Below, one piece after another: positions 24,410 to 37,412 of a DNA stretch of 64,000 nucleotides (positions are counted from its first letter, which is position 1; every line of letters starts with the position of its first letter). Below the pieces are notes generated by a model. The model did not search any database. It saw only the letters and a program-made list of their open reading frames with translations, and had not been told where the DNA came from. The stretch spans positions 1 to 64,000 of the forward strand of contig NW_026866843.1 in assembly GCF_026571515.1 (NCBI RefSeq), written 5' to 3'. The DNA is from Ruditapes philippinarum (taxonomy: Eukaryota). The position numbers were made by a program, and so were the translations under genes.

Positions 24410-25231
24410 TTACTTTTTTATCAATGACTGTAACCCACTGTTTAAGGTATGCTGAGTTTTGAAATGTCTGTCTCGATTACTTGCACTTGAAAAAGCTTGA
24501 TTACAAGTATCGCAAGTGTATACTTCCCCAGAATGCAGCTTCATATGAGCCGTCATGTGTATTTTGAGCTTTGATTTATGGTCACATATCCCACACTTAA
24601 AGGGAAGTTCTTCCTGATGTATGGCACTGTGACGTTTCATATCAATAATTTGAACAAATGTTTTCTCACAGTATAAGCAAGCATAAGGACGTACCCCTGT
24701 ATGATATCTCATGTGCCGATTAAAGTAACTATCATCTTTGAATGCCTTTTTGCAAATTTTACAGACATACGGACGTTCGTTTGTATGCGTCCTCTCATGT
24801 AATATTAACTGTCCACGCATCGAAAAGCCTTTATTACATATAGCACACACGTGATCTTTGATCTTATCATGTACACATTTAATATGCTTCTGAAGATGTG
24901 CCTTTTGTTTGAAACACTTGAAGCAATAATTGCAGACAAACTTTCGCTCATCGTGTACCCTCATATGGTTTCTAAGATACGATCTACACATAAACTCTTT
25001 CTGGCACACATTACATATATAACTGTTTTCATCTGTGTGGGACTGTTCATGCTTGAACAAAGATCCTTTGCCCCTAAATGATATGCCATAATCCTCACGG
25101 ACTAAAGGGTGTTTATCATTGTGAATATTCATGTGCTCATCCAGGCCCTTATTGCTTGATAAAGTCTCACCACAAACTCTGCAATTAAAATGAATATATG
25201 TACATATAAATGTTTTTAAGTCTTTGGTCAT
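24410..25231 (-). CDS. C2H2 zinc-finger array (8 intact fingers plus 1 degenerate); terminal exon probably 24410-25178
   Basis: CxxC-12-HxxxH repeats with TNERPY and TGVRPY linkers; ttttaattgcag acceptor at 25179. Confidence 0.9.
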   Translation of the reverse strand: MTKDLKTFICTYIHFNCRVCGETLSSNKGLDEHMNIHNDKHPLVREDYGISFRGKGSLFKHEQSHTDENSYICNVCQKEFMCRSYLRNHMRVHDERKFVCNYCFKCFKQKAHLQKHIKCVHDKIKDHVCAICNKGFSMRGQLILHERTHTNERPYVCKICKKAFKDDSYFNRHMRYHTGVRPYACLYCEKTFVQIIDMKRHSAIHQEELPFKCGICDHKSKLKIHMTAHMKLHSGEVYTCDTCNQAFSSASNRDRHFKTQHTLNSGLQSLIKK

Positions 25232-28200
25232 ATTTTTGTGGCTTTTTGCACCAACACTGTCAAGGTCATATGTTTAAAATGTTGGAGAAAGGCCTTCCCC
25301 AAATTATTTAAATTAGGTAAAATTTTATCAAATTGTTTAAGCGTCTCCCTAATGATTAAAGCAGAGATCAATGTGGGTTTGAGACCTACTATAGTTAGGA
25401 CGATACATGTATTAATTCATATGACATCAGTAGTGATTGAAATAAGTCTCAAGCTTTCATGGGATAAAATGAATGCAGATATTTTGAATATATGACATTG
25501 CTTTCCCCTCACATACCAAGTGCATCTCTCATAACTTACACATGCTACTTCAATACAATATTTTCTAATATAACAGTATATAAAAGACATACATACATGC
25601 GATCTAACTTTGATGATGTTTGTGAACTCTTCTGGTTGAAATCTAGCTTTGTAACATCCAACTTCTTCTCAGATGTTTTGAGCTTCTTAATACTACTTCC
25701 TGTACTAAAGTCAAGGTCATCCCCATGCTTGTGGTACATGTGATTATCATAGTAAAACTCAGATGAAAATGTAATATTACACTCACTGCAGTATGCCCTT
25801 GCTGGAAAATATTTTGAACCCAATTATATCAATCAACAATGTCAACAGCAGGTGTGCAGTCATGCCAATATAAAAGGAGTCATATTATTAAAGTTGTTCA
25901 GAAGCCATACTCCACTAAGAAATATTTTTTATTTCAGATGGAAAGTAATCTAGATCTGTTCTGATAGAGAAAGCTAACCATCTTAAGTTTCAGCAAAATA
26001 AGGGTTACAACAACTACAAGAAAACATCTTTATTATATACATGTACCTATCAATTATTGTTTTGGATTAGCATTCTCATTAATTGCTATCAGACTGTTCT
26101 TTTATAATGTACATTTTGTATTAATTTTTCTAAAATTTAAATTGCAGGATAATGTTCATCATCTCGACATATCTCAATGACTTTATTCAATTTTGAGCAC
26201 TGGTTCACTTATCAATTTATGTCATAATCTAAGATCCTGAAAAAGCAGAATGTAAGCATATTTGCATTATTAAAAGTGTAATTAAATCAATTTTGTACAA
26301 CTGAACTTACTGCATATACAAATGAAAACTGATCACAAAGCAAACAACTCTTTATACTTACAAGAAACAGTACTGCTTGAAACGGTCTTTTTCTTGACAT
26401 TCCTGCCGCGGACTGTCTTCACAAGAACTGAATTTTTGTCCTTTTTTCTTTCCATCTCTTGTTCACTTTTATCTTTTGATTTTCTGTCAGCAGGACTGAT
26501 CTTTTGGCTTATTTCAGTCATACTTTTGCCTATTTTCTTTCTTTGAGGAGATCTCTTTAGGCTTAATTTTTTTGGAAGGGTTTCTTCTTCATCTGTAATT
26601 TTCTTTGCATTACTATTTGGACTAGAATGACTTTTTCTTTTACTTCTCTTTAAAGTACTCATAGAACTTAAAGAAGTCACTGAACTCGTGGTATCTATTA
26701 ATTAAGAAGAAAAATAAAACATTTTGAAAACTGACTTTTTCATTTTTTAACAACAATTGTTAAAACAATTTCTAAGTAACTCATATACTTTCTATGGCCA
26801 TAACCTTTTACATACACAGTTTAAAAATTTAAAGTAAGATTTATACTCAAATGATATTACATGCACATGATGTTTTGAAGGTACATAATGTGCAATGCTT
26901 TCAAATTTTATGAACTTTTCTGTATATTTGCATTTTCTGGTAAGATCACATACAGGTATATTTTGGTCCCAGTGTTATTTGTTCATTTTTTGTTCATTTT
27001 TTTTGCGGTAAGGTGGAGAGTACTATCAGGTGAGGGGGAGGAATACGGAGGAGATGTGTTGTTAACCAGGCTGTGTTGTTAACAGAACCTTGGGGAGAAA
27101 ATATAAACCAGCAAGACATATCCATATTGCATTCCTTTATTTAATAAGTCCAAAACATCAAGGGTTTTTCTTTTTTGTGAAATATAAAGGAGGCAGTTGT
27201 CCTACATGTATAATTGGGGAAACTAATTGTGAGGAATAGGACCAAATTTCAGCCTCAAACTGGCAAATCAATGAACCCATAACAAAATTAATGACAAATT
27301 AATAATCAATGAGACATATCCAAGGTGCCCATGAGTCGATTATTTCAGTAATTATATGGGTTCCATACTTCCAGTCTAATACAGTACATTCAATACCTGT
27401 ATTGGACTGGACCCCACAGTAGTGGACCTAGTGGTGAGTGACAAGTGATTTGTTGCCAAAACTTTGACCTTTTTGCCATGGAAACAATATACATGTATAT
27501 CCCTTCTAATAAGTTAATCTTCTGAATTTCTTAATCAAATGGATTTGTCCAGCTTCTATTTTTGTAACTTACATGAGTCCATAAAATATCAGCTTAAAAG
27601 ATATCAAGTAACCCAGCCATAAATATATAGTCTTATTAGATTAGATACTGGTGGAAAAGGCTGATCACTTTTGCTTCTAGCATGGTAAGGGCTAACTTGT
27701 AATTGTACCATTGACTATCAATTGTTACTGGTCAGTTGACTCTGATTTAAATGAATTCTTTATTAAATTTACATGAATTCTTTATTAAATTTACATGAAT
27801 TCTTTATTAAATTTACATGAGATTTTTTTTTAATTTATATGAATTATTTATTATTAAGTGATGTGCATGTTTAATATTTGTTTTTTGGTATTCCTTAAAA
27901 AAAAGAAGAAAAAAATCACAACAAAACTAACATGTATTGTAAATAATACCTTTTACATTAGTATCAGCACTTTGATGCATTTTTACTGTAACAGCTATAC
28001 TGCTCTTTCTCAATGCCTGTCTCCCTACTAAATCATTACTCCATTGTTCAAACATCCTATAAAAGTAAACAGCAAATAAAGCTACATGTATGATAAATGT
28101 ACAATAGGATATTTTAACATGGATAATTTCCCATACAGTTAAAATGGTCTCTTAGGACAACCAATCTGTCTTAGTCAAATGGTCTTAATTTTTTGGATAT

Positions 28201-31200
28201 TCTTGCATAAAAACTGTACATGTAGGACCACGGGAAAAGGACCACAAATTCTGCAGTGAATAAAAGATCATTTACTGTTTCTAAAAAAGTTTCTCCTACA
28301 TTTAAATATCTTTTCATATCATATGAGTGTATGTCCTCAAAGAACATAATATCAATTTAACACAGCTACTGTTAAATTTGACCGATTTTTTTACTAACAG
28401 ATTTTGATACATAAATGTAATTTAAATTTATTTTTTTAATGACCACATTATCCGCAGGATAACTGTCAAATTTATTGCACTAGCATGCAGAAAGCATGAC
28501 AAAATTCTTTTTGCGAAAAAACAATTTTAGAACAAAATGCAGAATAACTAAAAGATTTATTTTTATGCAAAAATAGTGCTTAAATTCCCTTTTTCTCATG
28601 AATTGACATTCTGCAAAAGCCCTGACAGTCATTTTAATTTAAAAGCCTATAACACTGGCCCTGTTGGCTTAGGCTTTTATTGTGTCCTTCAGGGCTCTAC
28701 TATTGACAGCCCCTGTAGTTGAACCTGTCAAAATATCCAGTGAAAAGCATGAGAAAACCAATTTCTTTATACAAAAAACGAATACATGCAAAACATGAAT
28801 TTTGCTGCGGACAGATTCTAAGATTGCTATAATATATTTCTTTATCTCGATTAATTTTTAAAGTGGTGAATCCTCATTTGACTTGGGCAAATAATTTTCA
28901 GTTTTCTTTTATTGATATGTGGTTTCAAAATTTCGACTGCAAGACCGACTTTTTTTATAATCTGATATTAACAATAGATGTCTGGTTCTTTCGCGAAGGG
29001 GCGACCATGGTCAGCCGAAGTGGCTGCCTAAAAATTCTTAGCCGTTATTGTGAAGTCACATACGACAGCATTTTAGGGACAAACCCTGTATTTGGCTGCC
29101 ATACCCGGCCTTTTAAAATTATAATTGGAAAAGTCGGAAAAATGATATGAATATGTTATTTTATGACTTTAAGCGAGGATTTTAACCAAGAAACAGCAAT
29201 TGTCTTTGTATGTTTACTTTTTAGAGATTAATCGCCTTGTTGGCTACCGTTCTTTGTCATCTCAAGATGCCGAGAAAAAATAGCTATGGTTGCATTTAAA
29301 TAATACCAATTGAAATAGTTTACAAAATTTTGATTATAATCCTTTTTTGTTTCATTAAAGTTAATTTTCGACACCTTTAAAATGAAAAAAAACAAAACAA
29401 AATAATTGTTGTTAAATTGGGCTCTGATAATTGCGTCAATTACCCCTGACGGCCATCATTAAGGAAAGTTTGCATGTTCCGTGAAATGCATTCTAAAATT
29501 TATTGTCAGTCCCTGGGTAGGCTTTAATTAAGGCTAATTAATTGATTGTGCTTTTATGTTCGATATTTATCTACTGTATTTGGAAATTATACAATTATTT
29601 TTGCTTTTCACCGTTTTTTTTTTGTTCTTCCGTGTTCTTTTTATTTATTTATTTATTCCACTCCTATCATTATATTTATTCGATCCATGTTTAACAAAAT
29701 GATTTAATTATCGATCTTTCGTGCAAATAAAACAACAAACAATAAGCATGAAAATCAACGACGTTATAACTTATACTTAAATGCAACTTTGACACTTTTA
29801 TCAAGATATATTATACAATATATTATTCCATGATAACCGCCGTATGAACACATCTGCGTATGTTTCTAAATTCAAAATTTCACCATTTTTGTGTTAAATG
29901 TTGAATTCTGCTTAAGCCCGTGCTAGGGGGCGTGGACGGTAACTTGCACTTTCCAGTACTGTCCATGAACAGGCTCAATCAAACCGAGCCTGCAACATTT
30001 TCAATTTTGTTGTGTTGGACTTTCTGTAGGGATTCTGTTTTTCTCTATTTTGTTGTTTTCATTTTTTTACAAAATGACAGAGCATCTTTATTAAAGTGAA
30101 CACACGAGGAAAAATGCGGAGACTTGATTCAAATCCATGTTTAAAGACACAAAATAACAAATGCATTTTTGACTTCCACATGATTTTTTAAAGTGCCATA
30201 CAGCTAGACAAGACAGTGCGTCCTGGCTAGTTGTATGTGACTCACATACAAATAGCCACTTCCAAAGTATAGTACTCCCCGCGGATACCGCGTCCTTGCT
30301 TATTCCGATGTAATCAGAAAATATGTTTCTTTACACATTGAATGCCACATAATACTGTTTCCATCATTTAAGTGAAATAGAAAGTGCTGCTTTTTGTGAA
30401 TTTGGATAGAAATTGTAAGAAATGTTTTTCATTGTAAATAAATTCTGTCATTGATAGGAAAATCCAAAGCTGCCGTAAGTGTTGAAAACACTTCTTTATA
30501 TTATCCCATATTTAAAGGTTAAACTGATAATTTCATGTTTCGACAAGTAAATGTTGTCTGCTGAAGCTGTATTGACATCATATTCTGTTACAAAAAGTTA
30601 TACTGAAGCCAAAAAGGCCATCAATTAACATACCACGGTACCATAGTGCTCTCCGTTTAAGCTCCCATTCAAAACATGGCTGACTGACTGTAAGTGTTTC
30701 TAATTTAAATCATTGAGTTATTCCATGAATAACATGTTTATTTGAAAGTCAAGATGCGACAGCTAAACACAATTCAATAAAATAGTAAATACAAGTTATT
30801 TTTATTTGTACAATTAGCTGGAAATAATTAGAACAGTGATACCATAGGGGACTATCCTACAATTTGTTGGGTTAAAAAATGAACATTGTCATTTTAACTT
30901 CATACAAACCAGATAAATGCACATTTAATAAAATCTATAATTCATTTCAAATGTCTTGACGAAGGTATCACTTCATTATTTTGAGGTGGGAAAATCGTAA
31001 CTAAATTGGGACGAATCCTTATAGAACGAATCATCACAGGAGTGAATCGTCAGTGGGGCGAATAGTAATAAATCTTCAATTAATAAACTACTTGTAAGTC
31101 TATGCGTTAAATGGATAACAAGTATTTTCAATTAATCATATATTATGAATAAGTTTAAACTGTACAGTGTCATGAAGGATTGATTTCGTTTCCTTACCTT

Positions 31201-31214
31201 TGCCAGTCTGCCAT
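24410..31214 (-). CDS. Multi-exon C2H2 zinc-finger gene or decaying pseudogene; proposed exons 31198-31214, 27950-28056, 26954-27088, 26362-26694, 25597-25801, 24410-25178
   Basis: All six segments have AG/GT boundaries and compatible phases (about 521 aa: MADWQRMFEQWSNDL..., K/S-rich region, one isolated finger, then the array); one in-frame TGA in the third exon as assembled. Confidence 0.55.
27750..27850. repeat. 22-bp tandem repeat atgaattctttattaaatttac, about 4 copies
   Basis: Direct reading. Confidence 0.8.
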
Positions 31215-31277
31215 GTCAATGTTGTCAAGCGTTTGAAAGTCCGAGATCTACTCCTGAAGAGTGACCTCCCTTACAAC
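31215..31277. promoter_or_regulatory. Very compact bidirectional promoter and 5' UTR region
   Basis: Divergent ATGs at 31214 (-) and 31278 (+), each followed by a canonical GT donor. Confidence 0.55.
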
Positions 31278-34200
31278 ATGTCTGCGCCCATGAATCTCGA
31301 AAAAGTTTTTGTCCGGGAAATTGAAAGGAACGACTCAAAAGTCCTGCAGATAAACCAGTGCGAGGTTGGAGATGTCGGTTGTGTTGTATGGGATGCGGCT
31401 ATAGTTCTTGCTAAATATCTCGAGTCTGAAGACTTTCACAAGGGCACAGATCTGGTGGATAAAAATGTTGTGGAGATAGGAGCAGGCACAGGCGTGGTCG
31501 GACTTATGGCTGCCAGCTATGGGTAAATTAAAAACAAAGTGATATATATCTTCAATATCAAGAGCTTAGATCTTTAGAAAGATATTTAAAGGTGTATTTC
31601 AAGTCCATGAAAATGGGGTATGAATATCTACGGGGAACAACTCTGTCTGGTATAAAAATTGTTTCTTGACCCCCCCTCCCCCAAATCTTAAAGTCAACAT
31701 TCTTGAAAAAAAATTAAAATTAAAATATTACCATTTACAGAGGTTGAAATGAATTTAGTTACATAATTTTTAAAGAAACATGCACTTTTATTGATAAAAA
31801 AAGTGACTGACAACCACTGAACAAAGAAGATACTAATTTAAGCATTTTCGGGGCCGTCCGGGTTTGGTGGTTGTCCGGTTTTGGTGGTCCCCAACCAGTA
31901 GTCTGAGTAGATACAAGTAAAACTTTTGCCATGAACTATTACTTTGATATTATTTTAATGTTAATACGTTCATTTACTTTTGTATTATAATTTTTATGCC
32001 TAATATTACTCTCAGTCTGTGTTGGTGAAGTTGTTGTGCGAATATTGGTATAAGGGAATGGGTTTAAAATTCACAAACTTATTTGAGAGGGTAATAGGCT
32101 GCTACCTAAGGATCATAACTCTAGTTGAACTCTATAATGAATTTTTGACAGAGTTATGGCCCTTTTTGAACTTAGAAATTTCTACATTATCCAGGCTTTT
32201 GCTTTACTTTGAAGCACTGAGAATAGTTAAGTGCACTGTCTTACTGATAAATTCTGTTTACAGTAAATTAATAGTTGTTTTCCTAAATAATTTTAGAGCA
32301 AAAGTGTCAATAACAGATCTAGACCAGTTTGTCCCCTTGATGCAGTTAAATATAGACACAAACAAACAGCTGTTCCAGCATCCAGTACAAGCTAAGGAAC
32401 TTGTTTGGGGATCTGAAGTGAAGACAGAGTACCAGGATGTGGACATATTACTTTTAGCAGACTGTATATACTATGAGGAGGTAAACATTTAACCTGCTGA
32501 ATTTGTGATTTAAATGATATATGTTGGTAAATTCCATTTAACTTTTTATGGTATTTTGAATGTCATAATTTAAAAGAATTGAGCTTCAAACAGTAAAGAG
32601 CCTGGTCAAATGTTTTGCTTAGATGTGCAGGCCTGCCTGGTTCTATCCTTATGGAAAATGCGTATCACTTCCGGTTCAGGTAAATGGTAAACATATTTGA
32701 CCAAGCAAATCCATCAGGCATAAATAACATTTATTGACCAATTCATTTAATACATTGTTTGTTTGTTTTTGTTTCATTTTACGCCTTTTCCCAACAGTAT
32801 TTCAGTCATATAGGCAGGTAGTTTCCTAACCATCATTCCTGGCATTTACTACATAATTGATATCGGTCATCATGTATAAGATTAAAGGCAGGATTTGAAA
32901 TTTGCAAGGTATAATTAGAAATAGGATCTTGTACAATTTATGCAGAAAAATCACCAATGAATAATGATAAGGAATAATCTCAACGACAAATATGTCAGCA
33001 TTGTGTTGTATCTTAGTTGCAGATATTTTTTGACACATGTGAAATAAAAAGTAATAAACTAATATTATTTACACTAAGCTCTGTGGGCATAGGTGTAACT
33101 TAGGATATTAAGACAATTAACCTTTTCCCTCACGTAAGCGTGTTTCAATGGCTTATTGCCCTATTTAGACCTCAAACACTGGTATTCGTTTGAGAAATGT
33201 TGTTTAAAAAAAAGACCACTTATTTGGCATGGTCCCCCATCCAAATGTTACATCAGGGGGTTGACAGAAGGGGGATGCCCTTCTGTTTGAGGGGTTTGAA
33301 GGGGATAGAGTCCCCCTCATTGGCAAGAAAATTTTGGACATTTGACAGGCTAAAAATGGCCTCAGGTCTATCTTAGGGTAACTAGTAACCTACGCTGAAA
33401 AGCCTTTTACTCTGTCTCAATTCATTGAGAAGTTGCAGCACTTTGAAATCAGTTTTGATGGAAAAAAACAAGTGATTTTTGGCAATTTTGATACTTTCCC
33501 CCGTTGTCATGGTAACAGAAAATTTACGATTGAGCATGCTGTCACAGAGGCTATAGTGTAGTCAACATTTGTGCCAAGTTTCATCAGTATTGATTTCTTA
33601 GCAGTTTGAACTTGTTACAGGAGGCTTTTCAATAAAAACGGCCATTTTTAGCAATATGCTCATGGGGTAAAAGGTTTAAAGAGCTATTACTGGTAAATTA
33701 TCTTGACAGTTAATTAGGTCTACCTTTGTATTCTTCATAAATGCAAATAGAAGATATATTCTAGCTATGAATGATCTTTATATCTACAAACTTGATAATA
33801 ACCCCTATCATGCTAAATATCTTAAATGGACTTGTCTGTCTTTCAAACTGGACTAAACCATTCATCATTTTGGGGATGAAAATTATAAGGGGAACAGTGC
33901 AAAATTTAAACATTTGTATTGGCAGAATCAGTTGCCTCCAGCAAGCGAAGGGTTAAACTATATTATAATATTATATTTTTCAGTCTCTAGAACCTCTAAT
34001 TAAGACCATGGATGATCTGTGTGGCACTGATACATGTATATATTGCTGTTATGAGGAAAGGACAACCGATAACAAACCTGCATTACAGAGAAAATTTCTA
34101 CATGTATGATTATTCTTATGTACCTTTGTTAAGAGTATTTAATGATTTTCTGTGTTGTCTGAAGTAAGTAAGTAATTCAAGGCTTTATTTATCAAGGCTT

Positions 34201-36205
34201 CATCTGTTTCCCAATCTTCTGTGTGGAAGGTTTGTAAGGTGTCTGCAGGTTTGTAAAGTGATTTTTAGTTTGACTTTTCACAGAATAATGGAGCTAATGT
34301 AGTCACCCATTCGTCGATGTCAGCATCCCTGTGGTTAAGTTTTTGTATGTAAGCTGGTATCTCCATAACTACTGAAGGGAATGGAATGAAACTTTACACA
34401 CTTGTACTCTGTGATTATCTAAGATGATTGGCACAAGTCCCATAGCTCTGATTCGCTTTTTTACATATTTATGCCCCTTTGTTGACTTAGAAATTCTTGG
34501 TTAAGTTTTTGCATGTAAGCTGGTATTTCCATAACTACTGAAGGGAATGGATTGAAACTTCACACACTTGTTCTCTGTGATTGTCTAAGATGATTGGCAT
34601 AAGTTCCTTAACTCTGATTTGCTTTTTTGCATAATTATGCCCCTTTTTCAACATAGAAATTCTAGGTAAATTTTTGCTTGTAAGCTGGTACCCCTAACTA
34701 CGGGAAAGGGTTTGTACCTTTTTTCCAAATTTTTATGTTTTTTAACTAAATGAAACCCCTGTGAAACTTTTTAATAGTTGACTTTCTGTTTTCTTGTTTC
34801 AAATGTAAACCTCTTCATTCCCCCCACATGACCTGAAGAACACCATATATACTCAGTTTTTGATAGTATTACATGTTTGAAAATATTGTAACATAGAAGG
34901 GAGACATTGTTTTTCAAATATCAGTAGGTCAGTTTGTTAGTACATGAAGTTCATTTGGTTAACAACACTCTTATATAATTTAGACTCACACTGTCTCTAC
35001 TTGTGCCCCCATTCCCCTCCAACAGAGTCATTATCTTCATTGATTGTGATATAATCATCTGATTTGACATAAAGATGGTGAAAACTCATGTCACTTCACA
35101 CTTTCATAATAATTTACAGCATAATTACATGTATGTATTTCAATTATTTTTAACACCTTTTTGATGGGCAGTGGCGGTTTTCCTACTTGCCAAATTTTGC
35201 AGATGCTATAGCCTAAGTTGACATTTCTGTTCCCTATGCGACATGTATCTCTTTTTTGTATATTTATTACCAAAGACCTTATACATGTTATACTGAAAAA
35301 TACTTCCACTTAATAAACAAGAGCGATCAGTAATCACATGTGTTGCCTCATGATGGCCAATTTCATGTTGGGACAAATTTTGTGACAGACGGACAGACAA
35401 AGTTACAGACAGTGCACAACTAGATTGGTACTGATAATTCCCGTAAAGTTTGGATAAAATTGCACCAGTAGTTTATGAGGAGTAGTTTGGACAAGCTTTT
35501 GTGTATCTGGCAACACACAGAAAAAAACACTTTTTTATCAAAGGGCCACAACTCAGCCAAAAATCATTCAACCAGAAAACCCGTGCAATATGTGCAAGGA
35601 ATTGAGCTACAGATCAATCCTTTAAAATTTCATTGAAATTGCATTAGTGGTATAAGAGAAGTAGTCCGTACAAACATTAAAATAAAAATTATTAAAGGGC
35701 CATAACTCTGACATAAATCATTGAACCGGAAAATGCTGACAATATGCACAACTAGACTTGGTACTGATGATTCCTGTAAAGTTTGGATGAAATTGCACCA
35801 GTAGTTTATGAGGAAGTCTTGACAAGTTTTGTGACGGGCAGACGGACAGACAGACGAACAGGCAGACGACGGAGAAGTGATCCCTATATGTCGCCACTAC
35901 TCTGTAGAGGCGACACAAAAATTGTTGTTTTTTTAGTGACAAGAATAAAATGATATAGAATAAAATTGTCATCAACAAATATCCCATATTCAGTATTGCT
36001 TTCATTCATTAGGCCATAGGTCAAAGATTAAGGTTAAAATATCACTATGAATACCTATGGAATATGGTTGTATTTAAGATCCTTTTTGTTTCAGATGGTT
36101 GGGAAGTTGTTCCAAATAGAAAAGATACCATTGCACAGACAAGATAGTCAGTTTTGTAGTGAAGATATTCATATACTCAAATTGACAAGAATAAAAGTTT
36201 CCTGA
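31278..36205 (+). CDS. VCPKMT: Protein-lysine methyltransferase METTL21D (VCP-KMT), 219 aa; exons 31278-31522, 32297-32480, 33984-34103, 36095-36205
   Basis: VGDVGCVVWDAAIVLAKYLE, motif I VVEIGAGTG, ITD, LLADCIYYEESLEPLIKT, CCYEERT, SEDIHI; canonical GT-AG introns; 660 nt open frame; AATAAA at 36317. Confidence 0.95.
32757..32842 (-). mobile_element. 3' fragment of the same SINE as 14229-14396
   Basis: Near-identical aacagtatttcagtcatataggc...aaccatc; flanks cattta(a/c)tacat form a 12-bp TSD with one mismatch. Confidence 0.7.
33121..33674. mobile_element. piggyBac-like non-autonomous element
   Basis: TTAA|CCTTTTCCC... and ...GGGGTAAAAGG|(T)TTAA ends. Confidence 0.5.
33802..33952. mobile_element. 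Abundant TTAA-targeting MITE family (other copies near 9065-9255, 11740-11812, 27515-27695, 32490-32690)
   Basis: Shared tgctaaat..ttaaatggacttgtc start and agc...aagggttaa end. Confidence 0.6.
34262..34700. mobile_element. HINE-like element with ~166-bp internal tandem repeats
   Basis: tttttagtttgact start; units begin at 34333, 34499 and 34665. Confidence 0.65.
35315..35921 (+). mobile_element. HINE-like element with internal repeats and (GACA/GACG)n tract
   Basis: aaacaagag start, gacggacagaca microsatellite, terminal hairpin tgtcgcc...ggcgacacaaaaa. Confidence 0.7.
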
Positions 36206-36411
36206 TGTCATTTAATGTGTTCCAATTGTTTTTTTCTTTTTCTTATACTGTGTTTAACTACTTTCAAGTAAAACTGCATGAATTGTGTTTTAATTGAAAT
36301 ATAAATGTATTAAATCAATAAAAGGCATCCTTTAATGTACATGTATTTTGTCAAATGTACAATACACCATGTATAATAAAAAAGGACATAAATATAAACC
36401 TACATCTAAAA

Positions 36412-37412
36412 GCTGCTGGTTTCTTTTTGCCGTGCCGGTTTTTGGCAAATTAAACCCCTTATTTACACGCTTTAAAAAATGAAGACTATCTTTAATTGTC
36501 ATATTTACTTAAAGGTTTAAAAGTTAATATGTTTTGTTTTGGTAAAAATGCATTAAAAGTTTGCATTTGCCATGGCAAATAGCACCAAGAACACAATAGC
36601 ACCAAGAACATATCATAGGATAAGTTCTAGAATGTTTTGTGATGTTTTAAAAAAAGATAATTGCCATGGCAAATGTAGGAAAAATCTTGCCATGGCAATT
36701 CTAATTTGCCATTGCAAAGTATTTGCCATGGCATAATGACAAAATGCCATGGCAAAATGACAAAATGCCATGGCAATTATTTTTTTAAAAAATCACAAAA
36801 CATTCTAGAACTTATCCTATGACATGTTCTTGGTGCTATTGTTATGTTTTTATTGCATTTTTTTTCATTTTGCCATGGCAATAGCACCGAGAACATGTCT
36901 TGGATAAGTTTTAGAATGTTTTGTGATGTTTTAAAAAAATAATTGCAATGGCAAATGTTTGGCCAAATGACAAAATGCTATGGCAAAACTTATCTTATGA
37001 CATGTTCTTAGTGCTATTGTTTTGTTTTTATTGCAATTTCTATTTTTTTTTCATTTTGCCATGGCAATAGCACCAAGAACATGTCATAGGATACGTTCTA
37101 GAAAATTTTGTGATGTTTTGAAAAAATAATTGCCATGGCAATGGCAAATTTACGAAAAATCTTGCCCTGGCAATTCTAATTTGCCATGGCAAATTGCAGA
37201 ATTTCCGTGGCAAAATGCAGAAATGCAATGGCAAATACAAACTTTAAATGTATTTTTACAAAAAAGTATTTAAGATAGAAAAACAAAACATATAAACTTT
37301 TAAACCTTTTAGTTGAAATTTACAATTTAAGATAGTTTTCATTTTTTTAAAGTGCGTGAAAATAGGGGTTGAATTTGCCAAAAACCGGGGCAGCAATTAT
37401 AAACAGGCAGCA
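36412..37412. mobile_element. Foldback element with ~160-bp TIRs and many internal TGCCATGGCA palindromes
   Basis: 36412-36575 is the reverse complement of ~37228-37412; internal ~70-bp blocks occur in both orientations. Confidence 0.75.

Noticed and set aside
29780-30300. Coding-like minus-strand stretch in the zinc-finger gene's first intron
   Set aside because: Stops in the frames I translated and no recognisable domain.
30671-30695. aaacATGGCTGACTGACT|GTAAGT as an alternative first exon
   Set aside because: YY1-like motif plus donor, but an immediate stop and no supportable downstream acceptor; cannot be supported without transcripts.
31200-31277. N-terminal extension of VCPKMT suggested by the ORF track (likewise 32019-32296)
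   Set aside because: Non-ATG starts; similarity begins at ATG 31278, and exon 2 begins at the AG at 32296.
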